A DNA stretch of 48,980 bases from a phage. The translations under genes and the position numbers were made by a program. The DNA lies in sequence record NC_105619.1; one strand, written 5' to 3'. How positions within the stretch are numbered: the stretch's first letter is position 1; each line of letters opens with the position of its first letter. The notes below the pieces were generated by a model. The model was not told where the DNA came from. It saw only the letters and a program-made list of their open reading frames with translations, and did not search any database. This document shows positions 9,693 to 20,123 of this stretch, piece by piece.

Positions 9693-10361
9693 ATGCACTT
9701 ACCAAATGGCGCGCAAATTTTCGTGGAAACCTCTCGCGGAGAAGAGATCGAGGCGACCGCTGTCACTAACGCAAAAAATCCTGTTGCTACAGTTGAATCT
9801 AAGGGAGACTTGGCAAAAGGTGATTACGTTATTGTAACTCAGTCAACTTGGGCTAAGATGGTTAGTCGAGTACTAATTGTTACTGACGCTCAGGAAACAA
9901 GCATTACTCTCGCTGGAATTGACACTACTGATACTCTTGTTTTCCCGGCTGGCGGTACAATGAGCTTTGCAAAAATTACTGGCTGGACTGAGATTCCTTG
10001 CGTACAGGAGATTGGTCAGGACGGCGGCGAGCAGCAGTATTACACTTATCAGTGTTTGTCTGACGATAAAGAGCAGCAGATCCCGACGTTTAAGTCTGCA
10101 ATCTCGCTAACGTACACCTTCGCGCACGAATTTGATAACCCTATCTATCCTATTCTGCGTAAGCTGGATTCTTCTGGTCAGGTAACTGCGGTTCGGATGT
10201 ATGTTCCAAAAGCGAACGAGATGCGCATGTGGGCTGGTATCTTGTCTTTTAACGACATTCCATCTACGCAAGTAAACGAAATGGAAACGGTACAACTCGC
10301 CGTATCCCTGAAGGGTGATTTCACTTTCGTTTCATCCGCTCTGGCATCACCTGGTGCCTAA
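9693..10361 (+). CDS. major tail protein
   Basis: 222 aa ORF directly upstream of the chaperone and tape-measure genes; followed by strong terminator. Confidence 0.6.
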   Translation: MHLPNGAQIFVETSRGEEIEATAVTNAKNPVATVESKGDLAKGDYVIVTQSTWAKMVSRVLIVTDAQETSITLAGIDTTDTLVFPAGGTMSFAKITGWTEIPCVQEIGQDGGEQQYYTYQCLSDDKEQQIPTFKSAISLTYTFAHEFDNPIYPILRKLDSSGQVTAVRMYVPKANEMRMWAGILSFNDIPSTQVNEMETVQLAVSLKGDFTFVSSALASPGA

Positions 10362-10373
10362 ATCATATCCACA

Positions 10374-10408
10374 GGGGGCTTGCGCCCCCTTATTCATTTC
10401 TGTAAAAT
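10374..10408 (+). promoter_or_regulatory. terminator hairpin with embedded promoter (TTGCGC-N17-TAAAAT)
   Basis: GGGGGC-TTGC-GCCCCC hairpin; TTGCGC spans loop and stem, exactly 17 nt, then TAAAAT preceded by TG. Confidence 0.5.
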
Positions 10409-10409
10409 C

Positions 10410-10454
10410 ATCGTATCAACTTTGCACTATTCTCTTTTAACAAAAAGTGCTATT
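10410..10454 (-). promoter_or_regulatory. reverse-oriented copy of promoter module (antisense to major tail protein gene)
   Basis: Minus strand AATAGCACTTTTTGTTAAAA + 22 nt + TACGAT (TGa-TACGAT). Confidence 0.35.
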
Positions 10455-10474
10455 AACCAATCAGGAGAAATATC

Positions 10475-10792
10475 ATGGCTAAATTTAATTTCGTTCTTGG
10501 TCAACTTCCAGACTTCAAACTTCCAGTCACCTTCACCATGCCTAACGGTGAAGATGCAACGATCATTTTCACTGTACGCCACCTTTCCAGTAAAGAAGTT
10601 CAGGATATGTATGCCAACCAGGGAGAAATGAACGACAGCGAGTTCATTACCAAGATCGCGTCAGGATGGAACCTTGAAGAAGAATTTAACGAAGAAAATG
10701 CGCGAAAACTGGTTCAGTATTATCCTTCAGCAGCGTACAACCTGACAGCGACTTACATCAAGGCTCTCGCCGGACACCGCGCAAAAAACTAA
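10475..10792 (+). CDS. tail assembly chaperone (lambda gpG-like)
   Basis: Small ORF upstream of tape measure ending GCA AAA AAC TAA, i.e. slippery heptamer A_AAA_AAC at 10783-10789. Confidence 0.65.
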   Translation: MAKFNFVLGQLPDFKLPVTFTMPNGEDATIIFTVRHLSSKEVQDMYANQGEMNDSEFITKIASGWNLEEEFNEENARKLVQYYPSAAYNLTATYIKALAGHRAKN

Positions 10793-11109
10793 AAAAGGCG
10801 GTCTATCTGTTATATCAGAAGCCGCCAACAGAGGAACAATTGCGATCGGTTGGCTTAAGTCTTTCCGACTATGAAGACGAGGAGCCTGAAACGATAATTG
10901 GCGACGCTGAAATGGTGAAGGCTTGGAATGTTTTTACATCAATGCTCACTCAGTGGAGAAGTTCAGGAGCTGGCGCTTACGGTCTTGATTATAATGTTTT
11001 GCCTATGTTGTTTAAAATCTATAAAATAGAAGATGAAGAACTGGCATTGCAGGACGTTAGGATCATGGAAGCGAAAGCGCTTGAAATGATTGCTAAGCAG
11101 AATAACTAA
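10789..11109 (+). CDS. -1 frame extension of tail chaperone (gpGT-like fusion product via programmed frameshift)
   Basis: -1 frame is open from the slippery site and continues ..KKLKKAVYLLYQKPPTEEQLRSVGLSLSD.. into track ORF 10840..11109. Confidence 0.55.
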   Translation, partial: LKKAVYLLYQKPPTEEQLRSVGLSLSDYEDEEPETIIGDAEMVKAWNVFTSMLTQWRSSGAGAYGLDYNVLPMLFKIYKIEDEELALQDVRIMEAKALEMIAKQNN

Positions 11110-11131
11110 GCCGCCGTTTGGCGGTTTTTTT
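11110..11131 (+). terminator. rho-independent terminator
   Basis: CCGCC-gttt-GGCGG followed by TTTTTTT. Confidence 0.6.
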
Positions 11132-11148
11132 GTATATAAGGGGGGTAT

Positions 11149-14022
11149 ATGGTTGATAAGGTAGCAGGTCTATCGCTTGATGTTGATGTGTCGACAGTAC
11201 AGCGCGCCGTCAAGTCATTGAAAGAGTTTTCAAAAGCTAACGACCAAGCCGCTGACTCTATGGGGTCTTTAATCAATGAGGCCGAGGTTGCAAAACAGAA
11301 GGCTAAAGAACACGCTGAGCAACTTAAGCGCCAGCGCAAAGAGTACGAGGCTGTAGAAAAGGCAATCGATCCTACAGTATCAAAAATGGAAAGGCTGAAG
11401 ATTGCATCTCAGCAGCTTGATAAACTCTGGCAAAAGGGCTTTGTTCCAGATGAAACATTTTTCCGTTTGGGTGAAATGCTGGACATGCAAAATGCAAAAC
11501 TTGCTCGCAGCCGGGCCATGCTTACTGAAGAGGGGCAGGCAGCATTGCAGGAAGCGAAAGCAAAAGAGCAGGCAGCAGCGAAAAACAAAGCGTTCATGGA
11601 TTCCCTTAACAGTCAGGTTAACGCTATTGGCAAAACTCACGCAGAGTTAATGGAACTGAAAGCGGCTCAGCTTGGGATATCAAATGAAGCAGCGCCACTG
11701 ATCGCAAAACTGAAAGAGCAGGGTCGAGCCATGAATGCCGCAGGTATTAGCGCGGGGCAATATAGGCAGGCAATGCGAATGCTTCCTGCACAGATTACCG
11801 ACGTCGTTACATCTCTTGCGTCCGGTATGCCAGTTTGGATGGTTGCCATCCAGCAAGGCGGTCAAATTAAGGACTCGTTCGGAGGGATCGGGAATACGTT
11901 TAAGGTATTGCTCAGCTATATTAATCCGGTCACAGTTGGCGTTGGTGTTCTTGTCGGCTCTTTAGGTCTTCTTGCGAAAGCCGGTTATGACTCTTACAAG
12001 TCAATAACTGATATGCAGAAGGCTCTTGTTGAGACTGGAGGTTACGCAGGAGTCACGGCTGAAGAACTTGATTCTGTTGCTAAAAAGGTGGCTCAGACGA
12101 GCAACTCAACAATTTCAAGCATTCGTGAGATTGTTACTGAACTTGCCAGTACGGGGAAGTATACGCGAGAGCAGATTCAGAACATCACAAAGGCTACCGC
12201 TGAGTGGTCGACAGTAACCGGAAAATCAGCAAGTAAAATCATCGCTGAGTTCGATAAAATCGCAAGCGATCCTGTAAAGGGTCTGGCTAAACTTAACGAG
12301 CAATACAATTTTTTAGAAAAAGGACAGCTGACATACATCGATACTCTAAGCCGTACTAAGGGTGAAACAGAGGCAGTGTCTGAAGCCACGAAATTATTCG
12401 CCGATGTAATGGAAAAACGAATGAAGTCGATCGCTGATAATGCTACCCCTCTGGAAAAAATGTGGAAAGATATTAAGCAATGGGCTTCTGATGCGTGGGG
12501 ATGGGTTGGGGATCATACGCTCGGAGCGTTAAACCTGATTATTGACGTAGTTCAAGGTACGGTAATTCAGGTGAAAATGATTCTTGCTAAGGGTGATGAG
12601 TACATCTCAAACTTTATCGCATCTGCAATTAAGGCTACACAGTCTCTGCCTGGCGTGAGTGATTTTGGTGCTGATGTACTAAAGGAACAGGAGAATATTG
12701 TAAAAAGTTCTCGTGACAACTACGATCAGTTAGCTTCAGAGCTTGATGCCATTAACGCCCGTGTTGAAAAAGGTGAGATGGGATACATTGAAGCAATGAA
12801 GCAGCGCCGTACTCTTGAAAAGCAGTATAGCCAGGAAACTAAGGACGCTATCAAGGAAGAAGCTAAAGAGATCGAAAAGCGAAACCGTGAACGAAATAAG
12901 CAGTCGAAAATTTTACGCTCACCTACAGAGCAATTCGATAAGGAGTTAATTTCACTCAAAGCGCAGCTTAAGGTTTTGCAGGAGCACAAGGAGATCGGGC
13001 AAAAAATATCAGCACAGAGAAAGGCGCTTTTTACGACTGAGGCTACAATTTCTGTTCTTCGAGAAGCTAGTTCTAAGCGTCAGCTATCTGCGGAAGAAAA
13101 AGCACTACTTGCAAACCAAGAGAAGGTTTTAGAGCTTGCGAAACAAAAGGCTGAGATTGGCGATCAGATTGTTAAGCAGCAGCAGTTGAACGCACTTACC
13201 GATAAATCACTGAAATTTGTCAATGATTTGACGGCAGCTACAGAGCAGCTAAACGCGTCTCGCGGGATGAGCACCCGAGAAATGGAACGACAAGCGGAAC
13301 TGGCTAAGATCACCACTGACTATATTAATGCAGGTGGCAGCGAAGGAGATGAAAAACTCCAGAAAATGATCAAGGCACAAAATGATTACTATGCTGCGGA
13401 AGATGCCAAGCGTGCTGACTGGTTAGCTGGTGCTGAAAGCGCATTTGCAGATTACGGCGATTCTGCAATGGATATGTACGGCAACGTGTATGATATCGCG
13501 TCAAGTTCACTTAACGGAATGAGTGATATGATGACCCAATTCCTTACTACAGGTAAGGCAAATTTTGAGGACTTTGCGAAAAATATCATTAGCATGATTA
13601 TCAAGATGATTGCTCAGATGGTAATCTTCAATACGATCTCAGGCATGACGGGAGGTAAGACATGGAGTTTTGCAAGTGGATTGACCTCTAGCGCTTCTGC
13701 GGCATCACAGGCAACTCCTACGCCTGCCGTCTCTGGTTTTAGGTCTTTATCTTCAGGCGTTGCCGTTACCTCGCTTGCTGCCGCTGCGGGTAGTGTTGCA
13801 ACCTCTGGATTTAACGCATCTAAATCCGCACCGAAGGCAGTGAACCAGTCAGCAGGCGGGACGGTCGTTGACGTTAGTGGAATGGAGGTTAGAGTTGACA
13901 ACGGCTCAGATCCGAGGGGGATTTCTCAGGGTGTAGAAATGATGTTCAAAAAAATGATTCGTGAGTCTTGTTCGCAGGGCGGCGAGGTTTATAATTACAT
14001 TCAGGAAAAAACAGGAGGTTAA
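11149..14022 (+). CDS. tail tape measure protein
   Basis: 957 aa, long coiled-coil-rich N-terminal part, hydrophobic Gly/Ala/Ser-rich C-terminal segment, position after chaperone. Confidence 0.9.
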   Translation: MVDKVAGLSLDVDVSTVQRAVKSLKEFSKANDQAADSMGSLINEAEVAKQKAKEHAEQLKRQRKEYEAVEKAIDPTVSKMERLKIASQQLDKLWQKGFVPDETFFRLGEMLDMQNAKLARSRAMLTEEGQAALQEAKAKEQAAAKNKAFMDSLNSQVNAIGKTHAELMELKAAQLGISNEAAPLIAKLKEQGRAMNAAGISAGQYRQAMRMLPAQITDVVTSLASGMPVWMVAIQQGGQIKDSFGGIGNTFKVLLSYINPVTVGVGVLVGSLGLLAKAGYDSYKSITDMQKALVETGGYAGVTAEELDSVAKKVAQTSNSTISSIREIVTELASTGKYTREQIQNITKATAEWSTVTGKSASKIIAEFDKIASDPVKGLAKLNEQYNFLEKGQLTYIDTLSRTKGETEAVSEATKLFADVMEKRMKSIADNATPLEKMWKDIKQWASDAWGWVGDHTLGALNLIIDVVQGTVIQVKMILAKGDEYISNFIASAIKATQSLPGVSDFGADVLKEQENIVKSSRDNYDQLASELDAINARVEKGEMGYIEAMKQRRTLEKQYSQETKDAIKEEAKEIEKRNRERNKQSKILRSPTEQFDKELISLKAQLKVLQEHKEIGQKISAQRKALFTTEATISVLREASSKRQLSAEEKALLANQEKVLELAKQKAEIGDQIVKQQQLNALTDKSLKFVNDLTAATEQLNASRGMSTREMERQAELAKITTDYINAGGSEGDEKLQKMIKAQNDYYAAEDAKRADWLAGAESAFADYGDSAMDMYGNVYDIASSSLNGMSDMMTQFLTTGKANFEDFAKNIISMIIKMIAQMVIFNTISGMTGGKTWSFASGLTSSASAASQATPTPAVSGFRSLSSGVAVTSLAAAAGSVATSGFNASKSAPKAVNQSAGGTVVDVSGMEVRVDNGSDPRGISQGVEMMFKKMIRESCSQGGEVYNYIQEKTGG

Positions 14023-14024
14023 TA

Positions 14025-14378
14025 ATGGCGACACTTGACACTTTTGGCTGGTGTACGCAGGTTCAAGGGGGCGGCGGCTCCCTTACCACTACCAACAATG
14101 ACCGCTCAATCCAGTTTGGTAACGGCTACATGCAGCTTGCATCGTCTGGATTTAATACCACTCGACGCGAGTATTCAGTTGTCTATGCCGGGGAAGATTT
14201 CATGGCTGTTTACGACTTCTGTGACTCTCACCGCATTAAGCCGTTCGCATGGACGCCGCCGGACGGTAAGATCGGGATATGGGTAGTAAAGCCTAACAGT
14301 TTGGGAGCGAAGCCAGTATCGCGCGACGTGATGGAGATTAACGTCACGTTTATGGAGCAATTTACATCTATGGAGTAA
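14025..14378 (+). CDS. minor tail protein (lambda gpM-like)
   Basis: 117 aa directly after tape measure, first of M-L-K-I-J order. Confidence 0.65.
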   Translation: MATLDTFGWCTQVQGGGGSLTTTNNDRSIQFGNGYMQLASSGFNTTRREYSVVYAGEDFMAVYDFCDSHRIKPFAWTPPDGKIGIWVVKPNSLGAKPVSRDVMEINVTFMEQFTSME

Positions 14379-14392
14379 CGCCATATAACAAA

Positions 14393-14428
14393 AGCCCGCC
14401 TTGCGCGGGTTTTTTTGTAGCTGTAGAA
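14393..14428 (+). promoter_or_regulatory. terminator hairpin with embedded promoter (TTGCGC-N17-TAGAAT)
   Basis: CCCGC-CTTGC-GCGGG hairpin + T7 run; TTGCGC at 14400-14405, 17-nt spacer, TAGAAT at 14423-14428. Confidence 0.55.
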
Positions 14429-14457
14429 TGGTTGCAGGTAAACAAGAGGAAAAATCA

Positions 14458-15240
14458 ATGAGCGAAAACAAAAAACTTTATGATGAAGAAAGCGGAAAGA
14501 GCCTGTTTCATAACTGCCTTCAGTCACTATATCCGGGAGAGATAATCACTCTCATCGAAGTTGATGGTAGTAAGTTCGGCGCTCAGGTGTACCGATTCCA
14601 CGGTGAGAATATCCAGTACACTCCAGAAGAAATCATGCAGGCCCAGCAAACTGGAACGCTACCGCCGAAGGAAATTACATTCCGTGGCGAGAAATACGGG
14701 GCGCGACCGTTCGGTATATCCGGGATCTCGTTTGACAGCTCCGGAAAGGCAACAAAACCACAATTAACGGTGGCAAACATTGATAGTCGAGTATCTGCGA
14801 TGATTCGTGCATATAACGGACTAATGCAAGCTAAGGTGACTATCTGGATAACTCAGCGTGAGCTTATTAACTCCGATGGCTCAATCGCTGATGGAGCTTA
14901 CCGCAAACTGGTATACTATATCGAGCGTCCGAACTATGTTGATAAAAGCGTTGCACGGTTCGATCTCACATCACCTTACGATATGGACGGCATCATGATT
15001 CCGTCTCGACTCACGCAAAGCGTATGCTATTGGGCGCAGCGTGGATGGTATAAAACCGGGAATGGCTGCGGATATAACGGGCAAAACGGTTACTTTGATA
15101 AAGACAATAATCCGGTAGATGATCCTTCACTGGACTTTTGCCCGGGTACGGTAACGGCCTGCCGCCTGAGATTCGGTGCAAACAATGAATTGGATTTTGG
15201 TGGTTGCGCTGTCGCTTCACTACAGAGGAAAAATCAATGA
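14458..15240 (+). CDS. minor tail protein (lambda gpL-like)
   Basis: Start at internal ATG (residue 20 of track ORF) with RBS AAGAGGAAAAA; Cys-rich C-terminus; position. Confidence 0.65.
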   Translation: MSENKKLYDEESGKSLFHNCLQSLYPGEIITLIEVDGSKFGAQVYRFHGENIQYTPEEIMQAQQTGTLPPKEITFRGEKYGARPFGISGISFDSSGKATKPQLTVANIDSRVSAMIRAYNGLMQAKVTIWITQRELINSDGSIADGAYRKLVYYIERPNYVDKSVARFDLTSPYDMDGIMIPSRLTQSVCYWAQRGWYKTGNGCGYNGQNGYFDKDNNPVDDPSLDFCPGTVTACRLRFGANNELDFGGCAVASLQRKNQ

Positions 15241-15971
15241 TTAGTGCAAAAATTAAACTTGAAATTATGACTCACGCTCAAGAAGAATACCCACGCGAAT
15301 GCTGCGGGGTAGTCACCCAAAAGGGCCGAGTGCAAAAATACCATCGCGTTGATAATGTACATCGCGATCCTGATAATCACTTCATGATGGACGCAGTGCA
15401 ATACGCATGTATTGAGGACGACGCTGACTCAACCACGATCGCAATTGTCCACAGCCACACCGGGGACGGAGCTACAACTCTTCCCAGCGCTCACGATACG
15501 TGCATGTGTAATGAGATGGAAGTGACCTGGATTATTGTTAGCGTACCGGAAGGAGATATGCGATTTGTGAATCCAGAGAAATTACCTCTGATTGGTCGTC
15601 CGTGGTCATTAGGATCATTCGACTGTTACGGTCTTGTTATGGCGTGGCACAAAGAGCACGGCGTAGAGTTACGCGATCGCCGATTGAATTTTGAATGGTG
15701 GAAACCGGAGTACGGAATTAATCTCTATCAGGATTATTACAAGCAAGATGGATTCGTTGAGATTCCAGATCAGAATAACCCATCATTCGGGGATATGGTA
15801 ATCATGCAGATAGGGCAAAATGTTCCGGTATGGAACCACGCAGGCATTTACCTGGGTGATAATCAGATCTTACATCACGCCTTTGGCAAACTTTCGCGAC
15901 GTGATATCTATTCCGGCTGGTATCAGGATCATACTGTTTTAATTGTTCGCCATAAGGATCTTAAATTATGA
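15237..15971 (+). CDS. tail assembly protein (lambda gpK-like; JAMM/MPN + NlpC/P60 domains)
   Basis: JAMM motif E..HSHTGDGATTLPSAHD in N-terminal half; C-terminal half with Cys/His residues consistent with NlpC/P60; overlaps gpL stop. Confidence 0.7.
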   Translation: MISAKIKLEIMTHAQEEYPRECCGVVTQKGRVQKYHRVDNVHRDPDNHFMMDAVQYACIEDDADSTTIAIVHSHTGDGATTLPSAHDTCMCNEMEVTWIIVSVPEGDMRFVNPEKLPLIGRPWSLGSFDCYGLVMAWHKEHGVELRDRRLNFEWWKPEYGINLYQDYYKQDGFVEIPDQNNPSFGDMVIMQIGQNVPVWNHAGIYLGDNQILHHAFGKLSRRDIYSGWYQDHTVLIVRHKDLKL

Positions 15972-16567
15972 ATGATGTAAAAGTAATCAAATTATCAGGT
16001 TCACTTGGAAGGCGCTTCGGCGTCTTTCACAGATTCGCCGTTGACTCTTACCCGGAAGCTATCCGGGCGCTATCCAGTCAGGTGGATGGATTCAAAGAAT
16101 ACATGCAAAGCGAGATAGGATCTCGTAGCAAGTTTGCAATATTTGTGGATGGCGTTAACGTTGGACACCATGAAGAGGAAAAATTCAGGTGCGCGAAAGA
16201 GATAAGAATCGTACCGATCCCTACTGGCTCTAAGACAGGAGGTCTATTCCAGGTTGTATTGGGCGCGGCAATAATGGTTGCAGCATTCTATACTGGCGGC
16301 GCGTCTCTGGCTTTAATGGGCACAATGTCCTCGTCTCTGTTTATGATGGGCGGCGCTATGGTGCTGGGCGGCGTGATGCAGATGATTTCACCGCAGCCGG
16401 GTGGCGCAAACTTTGAAGTTCAATCAAGCAAGAATAAACCTTCGTACGCGTTCGGCGGTGCTGTCAATACGACGGCGGCGGGATACCCTCTCCCGGTCCC
16501 GTATGGATATCGCGCCGGAGGTGGCGCAACTTTCTCAGCAGGTTCTTATGCCGAGGATATGAGTTAA
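15968..16567 (+). CDS. tail assembly protein (lambda gpI-like)
   Basis: Position after K-like gene; Gly/Ala-rich hydrophobic C-terminal region. Confidence 0.6.
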   Translation: MNDVKVIKLSGSLGRRFGVFHRFAVDSYPEAIRALSSQVDGFKEYMQSEIGSRSKFAIFVDGVNVGHHEEEKFRCAKEIRIVPIPTGSKTGGLFQVVLGAAIMVAAFYTGGASLALMGTMSSSLFMMGGAMVLGGVMQMISPQPGGANFEVQSSKNKPSYAFGGAVNTTAAGYPLPVPYGYRAGGGATFSAGSYAEDMS

Positions 16568-16572
16568 AATTA

Positions 16573-16608
16573 ACCCGCCTTGCGCGGGTTTTTTTTCGCC
16601 TGTATAAT
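16573..16608 (+). promoter_or_regulatory. terminator hairpin with embedded promoter (TTGCGC-N17-TATAAT)
   Basis: Identical hairpin CCCGCCTTGCGCGGG + T8; TTGCGC 16580-16585, 17-nt spacer, consensus TATAAT 16603-16608. Confidence 0.6.
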
Positions 16609-16644
16609 GAGTCCACCGATAAATAGCACAAAAAGGTAAACATC

Positions 16645-19600
16645 ATGATTCAAAAAGTGATAAGTGGATCTAAGGGTGGGTCACAGAAGCCTCATAACCC
16701 AGTTGAGATGGAAGACAATCTAATCTCAATCAACAAAATCAAAATCCTGTTAGCTGTATCTGATGGTGAAATTGACGAAACATTCAGCCTAAAGCAGTTG
16801 ATGTTTAACTCAGTTCCGGTGCAAAACGAGGATGGATCGTTCAACTTCGAAGGGGTAAAGGCTGAGTTCAGGCCGGGAACTCAGACGCAGGAATACATCA
16901 AGGGCATGGAAGATAGCTCCAGCGAGGTAACTGTAAATCGTGAGGTTACTACCGATAACCCATACACGATCTCAGTAACCAACAAAACGCTGTCGGCAAT
17001 CCGTATAAAAATGTTCATGCCTCGCGGCGTACGAATTGAAAGTAACGGTGATAAAAATGGCGTAAGAGTTGAGTATGAGGTGCAACAAGCTGTTGATGGC
17101 GGCTCGTTTGAGACGGTGCTCACCGATGTAATCGAAGGCAAAACAATGTCAGGTTACGATCGAAGCCGTCGCGTAAACCTTCCGAACTTCAACAATCAGG
17201 TAATATTCAGAGTTGTTCGAAAGACTCCAGACTCTAACGACTCTAACGTTGTTGATGCGATCCAGGTAAAGAGCTATGCCGAGGTGATTGATGCCAAATT
17301 CCGTTACCCTCTGACAGGTCTTCTTTTCGTCGAGTTCGACTCGAAGATGTTCCCAAACCAGTTACCTACGATCTCAATTCGTAAGCGCTGGAAGATTGTA
17401 AACGTTCCATCAAACTACGATCCGGAATCACGAACCTACAACGGCAATTGGGATGGGACTTTCAAGAAGGCGTGGACTAACAACCCGGCATGGGTTCTAT
17501 ACGACCTGATGATTAATCAGCGCTACGGGCTGGATCAGAAGGAGCTTGGAATCTACGTCGATAAATGGGCGCTCTATGAGGCGGCGCAATATTGCGACCA
17601 GATGGTTCCCGACGGGAAAGGTGGTACGGAGCCTCGCTACCTTTGCGACGTGATAATTCAGTCACAGACTGATGCGTACAAGGTGATTCGAGATATTTGC
17701 TCAATATTCCGTGGTATGAGCTTCTGGAATGGTGAAAGCATCTCGGTAATCATCGACAGACCGCGTGAGCCTGCGTACATCTTCACTAACGACAACGTTG
17801 TTAATGGTGACTTCTCCTATACGTTCGCAAGCGAAAAGAGTATGTACACGACGTGTAACGTGATGTTTGACGACGAACAAAACATGTATCAACAGGACGT
17901 TGAGCCAGTATTCGATCGTGAGGCGACTCTGCGGTTCGGTAATAACGTAACCAGCATTACAGCGATAGGTTGCACGCGTCGAAGCGAGGCTAACCGACGA
18001 GGGCGATGGATTCTGAAGACCAACCTTCGCAGCACTACGGTAAACTTCGCGACCGGGCTTGAGGGTATGATCCCGACAATAGGTGATGTTGTGGCAATAG
18101 CCGACAACTTCTGGTCAAGCAACTTGACTATGAACCTGTCAGGGCGCTTGCTCGAAGTGTCTGGAAGCCAGATTTTCTTGCCGTTCCGGGTGGATGCGCG
18201 CGCAGGTGACTTTATTATCGTAAATAAGCCAGATGGCAAGCCCGTGAAGCGCACAATCTCAAGTGTTAGTGCGGATGGTAAGACTATAGAGATTAACATC
18301 GGATTTGGATTTCCTGTGAAGCCTAACACGGTATTCGCTATCGACCGCACCGACATTGCGTTACAACAGTACGTCGTGACAAAAATCGATAAGGGCGATG
18401 ATGACGAGGAATTTACCTACAAAATCACGGCGGTGGAGTACGATCCTAACAAGTACGATGAGATTGATTACGGAGTTAACATCGACGACCGACCGACGAG
18501 CATCGTTGAACCAGATCAGATCCCTAGACCGGAAAATGTTCAAGTATCCTCAGAGTCGAGAATCGTCCAGGGGATGAGCGTAGAAACGATGATTGTTAGC
18601 TGGGATAAAGTGCCGTACGCAGTTTTCTATGACGTACAGTGGCGAAAGGATAACGGCAACTGGCAAAATGTACCTCAGACGGCAAACAAAGAGGTTTACG
18701 TTGAGGGTATTTACGCTGGCAACTATCAGGTTCGCGTTCGCTCCGTAGCTGGTTCCGGTACGACTTCAGGATGGTCAAATATCGTAGCTGCGACGCTGAC
18801 TGGCAAGCAAGGTGAGCCGGGTCGACCGATTAACCTTACAGCTACGGATGATGTTGTTTTTGGTATCCGTACAAAATGGGGGTTCTCTGATGGTTCTGGA
18901 GATACGGCCTATACAGAGTTGCAACAGTCACCAGATGGAACAGTGGATAACGCAAGTTTGCTTTCTTTGATTCCGTACCCGCAGCATGAGTATTATCACT
19001 CACCGATGCCTGGAGGGAATATTGTGTGGTATCGTGTAAGGACGGTTGATAGGATCGGTAACGTGTCTCAGTGGACTGATTTTGTCAGAGGTATGGCATC
19101 AACAAACGTTGACGATATCATTGGGGAGATTTCTGTCGATATCGAAAACTCGCCGGGTTACGAGTGGCTTGTTGATAACGCAACCGACAACGCGGCGCAG
19201 AACGCAGCTAACGCAGAGGCAGCAATAGAAAACGCGCTCGCCAATGACAAAGACGCGATCTACATGAAGAAGGAGAACGGAAAACGAAAAGCTGAGTACA
19301 CGAAATCACTGAAACTTATTGCTGATGAGACGCAGGCGAGAGTGACGGCGATCGAGCAATTGAAGGCAAGTTTTGGCGATCAGATTAGCGCTAGCAACAG
19401 CGAATTGCGTGAAGTTATCGCAACTGAGACTGGAGCGCTATCGCGTGAAATTGACCAACTCAGGGCAGAGATTGGTGATGATATCCAGGCAAGTTTGACT
19501 GATATCAGAGAGGCTATAGCAAACGAGACTGAGGCGAGAACGCAAGCTGACTTGTCGTTAAGCGCGAGGCTTGGGAATAATGAGGCAGCACTTTCTCAAA

Positions 19601-20094
19601 AACTTGATTCGTGGAGCAATGCGGATTCGACTGGTGCAATGTACGGCGTCAAGCTCGGTCTGAAGTATAACGGCCAAGAATACAGTGCAGGCATGGCTAT
19701 GTCTCTGATTGGTTCCGGAGCTGCGGTTAAGGCGCAGATTTTGTTTGAGGCATCACGATTTGCCATCATGACTGGAATGAATGGTCAGACTCAGTATCCC
19801 TTCGTTGTTGAGAATGGCCAGGTTATTCTAAGTAGCGCGATCATCAAGGATGGATTTATTACTAACGCCATGATTGGTAACGCGATTCAGTCTAACAATT
19901 GGGATGGAAATCAAGGGTGGTATATTAACAAGAATGGTGCAGCTTACTTCATGAACGCAACCGTAAGGGGTGCTTTGTATGCAGATAACGGATCGTTTGC
20001 ATTCAACGGGACAAACAATACGGTTCAGATAAACAATAACGGCATCACGGTTAACCTACCTAACGGGGGCCGAGTGGTTGTTGGTGTCTGGTAA
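16645..20094 (+). CDS. central tail fibre / host specificity protein (lambda gpJ-like)
   Basis: 1149 aa; fibronectin-III-like segment (..YDVQWRKDNGNWQNV..YQVRVRSVAGSG..); last large gene of tail operon. Confidence 0.85.
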   Translation: MIQKVISGSKGGSQKPHNPVEMEDNLISINKIKILLAVSDGEIDETFSLKQLMFNSVPVQNEDGSFNFEGVKAEFRPGTQTQEYIKGMEDSSSEVTVNREVTTDNPYTISVTNKTLSAIRIKMFMPRGVRIESNGDKNGVRVEYEVQQAVDGGSFETVLTDVIEGKTMSGYDRSRRVNLPNFNNQVIFRVVRKTPDSNDSNVVDAIQVKSYAEVIDAKFRYPLTGLLFVEFDSKMFPNQLPTISIRKRWKIVNVPSNYDPESRTYNGNWDGTFKKAWTNNPAWVLYDLMINQRYGLDQKELGIYVDKWALYEAAQYCDQMVPDGKGGTEPRYLCDVIIQSQTDAYKVIRDICSIFRGMSFWNGESISVIIDRPREPAYIFTNDNVVNGDFSYTFASEKSMYTTCNVMFDDEQNMYQQDVEPVFDREATLRFGNNVTSITAIGCTRRSEANRRGRWILKTNLRSTTVNFATGLEGMIPTIGDVVAIADNFWSSNLTMNLSGRLLEVSGSQIFLPFRVDARAGDFIIVNKPDGKPVKRTISSVSADGKTIEINIGFGFPVKPNTVFAIDRTDIALQQYVVTKIDKGDDDEEFTYKITAVEYDPNKYDEIDYGVNIDDRPTSIVEPDQIPRPENVQVSSESRIVQGMSVETMIVSWDKVPYAVFYDVQWRKDNGNWQNVPQTANKEVYVEGIYAGNYQVRVRSVAGSGTTSGWSNIVAATLTGKQGEPGRPINLTATDDVVFGIRTKWGFSDGSGDTAYTELQQSPDGTVDNASLLSLIPYPQHEYYHSPMPGGNIVWYRVRTVDRIGNVSQWTDFVRGMASTNVDDIIGEISVDIENSPGYEWLVDNATDNAAQNAANAEAAIENALANDKDAIYMKKENGKRKAEYTKSLKLIADETQARVTAIEQLKASFGDQISASNSELREVIATETGALSREIDQLRAEIGDDIQASLTDIREAIANETEARTQADLSLSARLGNNEAALSQKLDSWSNADSTGAMYGVKLGLKYNGQEYSAGMAMSLIGSGAAVKAQILFEASRFAIMTGMNGQTQYPFVVENGQVILSSAIIKDGFITNAMIGNAIQSNNWDGNQGWYINKNGAAYFMNATVRGALYADNGSFAFNGTNNTVQINNNGITVNLPNGGRVVVGVW

Positions 20095-20096
20095 CA

Positions 20097-20123
20097 GAAA
20101 GGGGCCGATTGGCCCCTTTTTTT
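20097..20123. terminator. bidirectional rho-independent terminator between convergent genes
   Basis: A-run, GGGGCC-gatt-GGCCCC, T7 run. Confidence 0.75.

Noticed and set aside
11380-14527. Numerous 60-100-aa ORFs on both strands inside the tape measure and tail genes
   Set aside because: All lie fully within long, well-supported genes, lack RBS and have biased composition; treated as frame-shadow ORFs.
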